This document shows, one piece after another, positions 58,951 through 64,000 of a stretch of DNA of 64,000 nucleotides. The notes under the pieces are model-generated. The model was not told where the DNA came from. It worked only from the letters and a program-made list of their open reading frames with translations, and made no database searches. The translations under genes and the position numbers were made by a program. The stretch comes from Candidatus Melainabacteria bacterium 17Bon1m (GTDB lineage: Bacteria; Cyanobacteriota; Vampirovibrionia; Obscuribacterales; Obscuribacteraceae). Within the stretch, counting starts at the first letter, position 1. Each line of letters opens with the position of its first letter. The stretch is taken from positions 192,001-256,000 of the forward strand of contig JAVLKG010000008.1 in assembly GCA_032128875.1 (NCBI GenBank). The letters run 5' to 3'.

Positions 58951-59178
58951 GGTTTCTTTCTCCACAGGTTAAGGCACCCGTTGGTTTGGTTAGGGTGCCG
59001 TTTCACTACAGAGAGCATCCAAGCGACTGGAAGCTCTCACCAATTTGTTGATGACCACGGGAGGCGTCAGCAGGCAGGCGTTCCGCACCATACCTGTGTC
59101 GCTCTGTCACCGCCCGTGGTGAGCCATACTATGCAGAACCCCGCGGACAGAGTTCTTCGGCTTGCGCCTTCGGCTGCC

Positions 59179-59586
59179 TTACGCTGCCTGCGCCACGGCA
59201 ACAGCCTCACGGCTGTAGACCGAGGTGGGCAGGCAGATCGTCCGCCGATGAGACCCGGAGGGTCCCAGGTTTTCCTTGTGCGAATTGAAGACACCGATGA
59301 CCAGCCGCTCGCCAGCCACCAGGGAGGGAACCTCCGCGGTGGGGACGAACTGCGTGTCGCCGGGCGCCACTTCGCGCAGGACGCACTCGGTGAGCGTGTA
59401 CTCGGTGAGCGGCCCTTGCGGGTCGCAGACCGTACGCTCGTGACTGTTGGACGGGCCGTCCTTGACGATGTCCGTCGTGAAGTCGCCGTGGAACAGCTTC
59501 TCGCCCGAGACGAGGTGTACCGCGTCTTCGACCGGGATGTACTGCGGAATGCCACGGACGTTTCTGAGTACGCAATTGCGCTTCAT
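59179..59586 (-). CDS. Hypothetical protein
   Basis: AAGGA RBS before ATG 59586, strong codon bias. Confidence 0.6.
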   Translation of the reverse strand: MKRNCVLRNVRGIPQYIPVEDAVHLVSGEKLFHGDFTTDIVKDGPSNSHERTVCDPQGPLTEYTLTECVLREVAPGDTQFVPTAEVPSLVAGERLVIGVFNSHKENLGPSGSHRRTICLPTSVYSREAVAVAQAA

Positions 59587-59697
59587 AGGTGATACTTCCT
59601 TTCTATTTGACTTTTCTTGTCTGTACTGAGCAGGTGGTGCCACTACGAGTGACACCACCTCCAAGCTAGGGGCGCCCGCCGAAGCGGTGCCGCTCAC

Positions 59698-61602
59698 CTA
59701 CTTGCACGCCTTGCCAGTCTCGCGATGCCAGCACATGCGACGCCCGGGACGGCGGTGCATGACGCGCGGCAGCTTGAAACTGACCTCCACCCGCGCCTTG
59801 GAGCATGCGCCCTTGTTCCAGCCGAGCACGGACTTGTCGACCTTGAGCGTGCCGGCGAGCTTTTCGAAAGCCGCCTTCAGCTCATCGGTCATCTTGCCCG
59901 CGTCGACGGCACCGGCGTATGCGTCCAGGAGCCTGTTCTGAGCCAACCAGGCATCGAAGTTGATGCCCAGCTTGCTCGCTTTCTGGATGAGAGCATCCAG
60001 GTGTTCCACGTCCTTCGCCCGGTAGAGTGAGCTGTGGAACATCAGCTGCAGTTCGCCTGCAACTGCTTGCGGCTTGACCAGCTGGTCCCAGACGCCCTGT
60101 CCGTTGCCGAATTGCGCAAGGTTGCACTGGGCTTCCTTGAGCTCGGCGACGAACCTGGCTTCCAGGTCCTGCAGGTCAGCGCTGTCGAACTGCATCGCCA
60201 GCTCGATTGCCCGAGCCGCGTAACGCAGGTTTTGCACAGGTTCCAACCCGGCGATGTCGTCGAAGAACCAGGCGCAGCTCGTGAACATCAGCATGCCGAA
60301 GCGGCTCATCTCCATGAGGCTGATCGCCTTCTGGAAAGTCTCGCTCTGCAGCAGGTCCACGTGCTTGCCGTGTTTGCCTTGCGACTCCGCCTGGCTGAAC
60401 ACCGCCGCTTTCGCGTGGGTGCGGAACCAGTTGGCTGCGGTCTTGCCGTCCAGCAGCACGTCGATGTAATCGTTGCGTGCCGCCCAGGGGTCGTTGAAGA
60501 GCTTGCGCCCTTCGCGGTCGAACAGCGAGTCGAGCTGTGCGCGCAGGTGGTTGAGCCCATCGCGCAGCGGCTTACGCCACTGCTGATGCCACTTGCCATT
60601 GGCGCCCGAATTGCAGCCGCAGTTGCTGCGCCAACGCTCGACACCGTGAGAGCAGCTCCAGGAGCTGTTGTCCCACACTTCCGCTTCCATGGTCGGCGGA
60701 TGCAGCGCCAGGAAGTTGCCGTAGCTGGTCAGCTCGATTTCGGGGTCCTTCTCGAGCTGGTCGAACACCCACGCCAGGCACATCTCGCCGTGCTTGTGGT
60801 GATGCCCGAAGGTCTCACCGTCGACGGAGATGTGCATCAGCTGCGGATGCTGCCGGCTGTCGTTGAACCCTTCGAGGATGCGACCACGGAACTTCTCGCC
60901 CGACTCCAGCAGCTTCTCGAAAGCCACCGCCTGCGAGACGGGACCATCGTAGAAGAACACCGCAATCGTGCGACCGGACGGCAGGTTCACCTGGTAAGCC
61001 TGCGACGGGTCAACGCCGCCGTCTTGCTGCCAGTTGGTCTCGCCCTTCTTGCGCCAGCGCTTTGCCTGACGCGGTGCGAGCACGGTGAACTTGATGCCTT
61101 CGGCGGCGAGCGCCTCGAGCGTCTCGACGTCCACAGCCGTTTCCGCCAGGTGCATGCCTTCCGGCTTGCGGTGGAAGAACGACTCGAACGTTTTCACGCC
61201 CCAGACGGTCTGGGTCTTCTTGTCGCGGTCATGGCACAGCGGCATGATCGCGTGGTTGTACACCTGAGCGATCGCGTTGCCGTGACCGTTCATGCGCTCG
61301 CAACTGAGCCGGTCGCCTTCGACGACAGAGTTGAGCGTCTCGGGCGCGAAGTCGGCCATCCAGGTGAGCAGCGTGGCGCCGATGTTGAACGAAGCGCCGG
61401 TGTAGTTGTTGTGGATGCCGATGACGTTGCCGCCACCATCCATGATGCGGGCGCGACCGTTGGTCGCGTAGCATTCGCGGTCGATGCGGGCGTTCCAATT
61501 GGGGAACGGTGCCGCCGACGGTTGCCGCTCGATCTTGCCCGTGTAGGGAGATTCACGTGGCGGCTGGTAGTTGTGCATGTGCACACAGACGTATTTCTTC
61601 AT
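59698..61602 (-). CDS. Glycoside hydrolase family 57 (DUF3536-type)
   Basis: H.H.YQPPRE, AQVYNHAIMPL, EGMHLAETAVD, DGETFGHH, SSWSCSHGVERW, MFTSCAWFFD. Confidence 0.9.
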   Translation of the reverse strand: MKKYVCVHMHNYQPPRESPYTGKIERQPSAAPFPNWNARIDRECYATNGRARIMDGGGNVIGIHNNYTGASFNIGATLLTWMADFAPETLNSVVEGDRLSCERMNGHGNAIAQVYNHAIMPLCHDRDKKTQTVWGVKTFESFFHRKPEGMHLAETAVDVETLEALAAEGIKFTVLAPRQAKRWRKKGETNWQQDGGVDPSQAYQVNLPSGRTIAVFFYDGPVSQAVAFEKLLESGEKFRGRILEGFNDSRQHPQLMHISVDGETFGHHHKHGEMCLAWVFDQLEKDPEIELTSYGNFLALHPPTMEAEVWDNSSWSCSHGVERWRSNCGCNSGANGKWHQQWRKPLRDGLNHLRAQLDSLFDREGRKLFNDPWAARNDYIDVLLDGKTAANWFRTHAKAAVFSQAESQGKHGKHVDLLQSETFQKAISLMEMSRFGMLMFTSCAWFFDDIAGLEPVQNLRYAARAIELAMQFDSADLQDLEARFVAELKEAQCNLAQFGNGQGVWDQLVKPQAVAGELQLMFHSSLYRAKDVEHLDALIQKASKLGINFDAWLAQNRLLDAYAGAVDAGKMTDELKAAFEKLAGTLKVDKSVLGWNKGACSKARVEVSFKLPRVMHRRPGRRMCWHRETGKACK

Positions 61603-61873
61603 GATGATAAGTCCTCCAACCCGGTGTTTAACTGCGCGCAACTCCCGGGCGGAGCCACGCGCCGTCAGCGATTCTTCTGTCGCTGGCGTTGGATGAAGAA
61701 TTGAGACGTCATCGCCTGCCTCTCTTTCGAGCGGTTGTGCGAGGGCGCCTGTGATTTAGTTCGCGATTAACTTCCACTTGGTCGCTTCACCTTTGCCACA
61801 AGCGCCCCATGCAAGCTGGAAAACAGGCAAGCGTTGCCGCCCGCCCGTCTTCCAACCTGCGCTTCAAGCTCCC

Positions 61874-63343
61874 TCAGGCTGCCTTTTCGCCTTTGGGAGG
61901 ACCGGTTTGCTGAGGTGGATCCACCTCTTCTTCCGGTTCGATCAGCTGGATGATCTTTTCGAGCTCCGCCTTGCAGACGTCGTTCTCGAGAACATCGCTG
62001 ATGCGCAGCAACGTCAGCCCCTCGTACGCACCCGAGTTACCAGGCAGCGCAAGAGCAGACCGCATCAAGTCCCAGGACTGCGGCTTCGGCAAGGTGAAGT
62101 TGAGAGCGTTCTCGCCCTTCACCGGCACACCCTGCCGCTTCGCTTCCGCACCCACCCAACGCACCAGAGAGTTCGCCAGTGACATCGCCTTCTTTCCGTC
62201 GGCGCCGTCAGGCATCTCCAGGCAGGTGAAGTGCAGGATGACCCGCGTGTGTTTCGCCTGGCTGTTCAGTGCGGAGAAAAGAGACACGATTGACTTGTAA
62301 CCGTGACCCTCTTCATCCGACGTCCAGTCAGCCGTTTTCACGGTGATCAGTCCAGCGGGAATCTCCGCCAGACGGTCCGACATGACGACCTTGCCGTCGA
62401 GCCACTCGCCCATCTTCCAGTGAACGCCGGGAATCTTCGCACCGAGTTCCACGCCCTTGAAGGAGCTGGTGTCGGTATCGAAAACGCCGAGCGCGGCAGT
62501 CATGACCGTGCGGCCATGCGCCAGAAGAGCTTCGTGGTACCACTGCATGAGGTCGCGTCCGTAGACCGTCTTCACGTGCTGCTTGCGCTTGAAGAAGTCG
62601 CTCGCATCGACAGGAGGAGCCACGTCCTCCGGTCCCATTTCGGCAAGTCCCCACGCCTTCGCGACCTCGGACTCGACACCGTACTTCTCCATCACCCAGG
62701 CGCGGAACGACGCGATCGCCAGCTGCGAGTAGCACTGGAGGGCGCCGCGGTTCGGCCAGTTGGAGTTGTCGGCATCCGTGTACGAGGGGTAGCGAAGTTC
62801 GCCGGCCGGTCCGAGCGAGACGTTAATCTCGGCGATGTGCTCGGCAATGTCTGCGAACTCCGCAGCAAACGCCTCGAACAACGCAACGTACGAGTCGATG
62901 ATCAGGTGCGTTGCAAACGCGGAGACGACCTCCACGCAAGCATTGCCCTTCTCACTGACGTACTGGACCGCCTCTGCCTTGCCCGACGGGACAAGCTTCG
63001 CCAACTTCGGAAAGACCCATTCCGGGATAGGAACGTAGTTCTTTCCGTCGCCGACGTTGCCGCCACACTGGTGCAGCGAGAGGATGGGAACAACCTTGAG
63101 TCCAGCATCGATGATGAGCTGGAAGAGGGTGCGGTAGTACGAGAAGTCGAACTTGCCTTCTACCGCGTTGACCAGTCCCCACCAAACGTCGATGGAGACG
63201 CCTTGGACCTTGCGAGCTTTCGCGTCGGCAAGCCAGAAGCTGAACTTTTCGAGCTCAGCACGTGAAGCGTCACTCCCCATATCGGCTGGTGTACCGACGA
63301 GAAGCGGCGCCATCACGTTGATCGTGATGTGTTTGATTTTCAT
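61874..63343 (-). CDS. Beta-amylase (glycoside hydrolase family 14), no signal peptide
   Basis: VMAPL, DVWWGLV, HQCGGNVGD, GPAGELRYPSY (catalytic Glu), GVHW, FTCLEM, GENAL (catalytic Glu). Confidence 0.93.
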   Translation of the reverse strand: MKIKHITINVMAPLLVGTPADMGSDASRAELEKFSFWLADAKARKVQGVSIDVWWGLVNAVEGKFDFSYYRTLFQLIIDAGLKVVPILSLHQCGGNVGDGKNYVPIPEWVFPKLAKLVPSGKAEAVQYVSEKGNACVEVVSAFATHLIIDSYVALFEAFAAEFADIAEHIAEINVSLGPAGELRYPSYTDADNSNWPNRGALQCYSQLAIASFRAWVMEKYGVESEVAKAWGLAEMGPEDVAPPVDASDFFKRKQHVKTVYGRDLMQWYHEALLAHGRTVMTAALGVFDTDTSSFKGVELGAKIPGVHWKMGEWLDGKVVMSDRLAEIPAGLITVKTADWTSDEEGHGYKSIVSLFSALNSQAKHTRVILHFTCLEMPDGADGKKAMSLANSLVRWVGAEAKRQGVPVKGENALNFTLPKPQSWDLMRSALALPGNSGAYEGLTLLRISDVLENDVCKAELEKIIQLIEPEEEVDPPQQTGPPKGEKAA

Positions 63344-64000
63344 AATGTCGCCTTTCAGGTTTTACGCGTCGGTACGAACGGCTGCAGCGAGCTGCCGAGG
63401 GCACTGACGTAGCTGTTAGAAACGAGTCGTGTTGCGCAACCGCGCGCAACTGTCAGGAATCCAACTCAGCCACGGCAAATGGGCCTGGCAGATGGGGAAC
63501 AACGCGCATCAACCGAAACAAAAACGCCCCTGTGACGTTGGCGTCAGAGAAGCGTTGGATGAATGGCTGATGCTGTATTGGCTTTGGGCTGTTTTACGTT
63601 TTCCGCGAAAGAAAAAAGAGTTGTACGTACATCCTTAGCGGTTTGATTGTTGTCAAGCAATAGCAATTACATAACTACTACTGGCCGTGATCGCAGATAG
63701 GGCTTATTTATAGAAGACCGTTCTATGAGCTTTTTTGGGCTAGTCAACAAGATAAGTGCTTAAGACCTATGGAGCTAAAACTAGAGACGAGGTTGTCAAT
63801 TAATCGAGGTTAATAGTTATCGAGGTTAGCGATGGCTCATTTTTTGCCAGCTGTGCGAGGTTTGTTGTTGCCAAGCTAATCTTCGCAATCCGTTGCATCG
63901 TTACGACAATAAATAGTTGTTTCACGACACGTTTTCATGACCTTGGAAATTTGGTTTTATCCCACCATGCGACCTTAATTGAGTCGCTACAAGCTCGCGC

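Noticed and set aside
60034-63265. 556-aa and 320-aa plus-strand ORFs
   Set aside because: Shadows of the GH57 and GH14 genes.

Overview
Bacterial chromosomal window with no rRNA, tRNA, CRISPR array, integrase or transposase recognisable. The expanded OmpR/HAMP two-component paralogues and the style of the unknown genes suggest a non-photosynthetic cyanobacterial relative such as Obscuribacterales/Vampirovibrionia (inference only). Recognisable genes: MEDS protein, ClpP-like protease, glpD, CopA-type P1B ATPase, PspC, HDAC, SDR, aconitase, mdh, ABC exporter, three sensor kinases, four response regulators, TPR lipoprotein, GNAT, S1-domain protein, GH57 and a GH14 beta-amylase. These alternate with GC-rich clusters of unknown genes whose spacers are tiled with hairpins. 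Most notable: (1) a GTAG-type REP doublet in four copies, one translated in frame inside copA; (2) a 59-aa protein with the Cys spacing of eukaryotic CRIPT; (3) two large tandem VirB6/TrbL-like membrane paralogues with low-complexity extensions and no other T4SS gene nearby; (4) a 25.6-31 kb cluster with a duplicated unknown domain and a putative PD-(D/E)XK nuclease; (5) two basic HExxH paralogues flanking a putative structured RNA; (6) an aconitase with a Cys-rich and amphipathic C-terminal extension; (7) a signal-less beta-amylase next to GH57. All family calls are from motif recognition by eye, not database searches.
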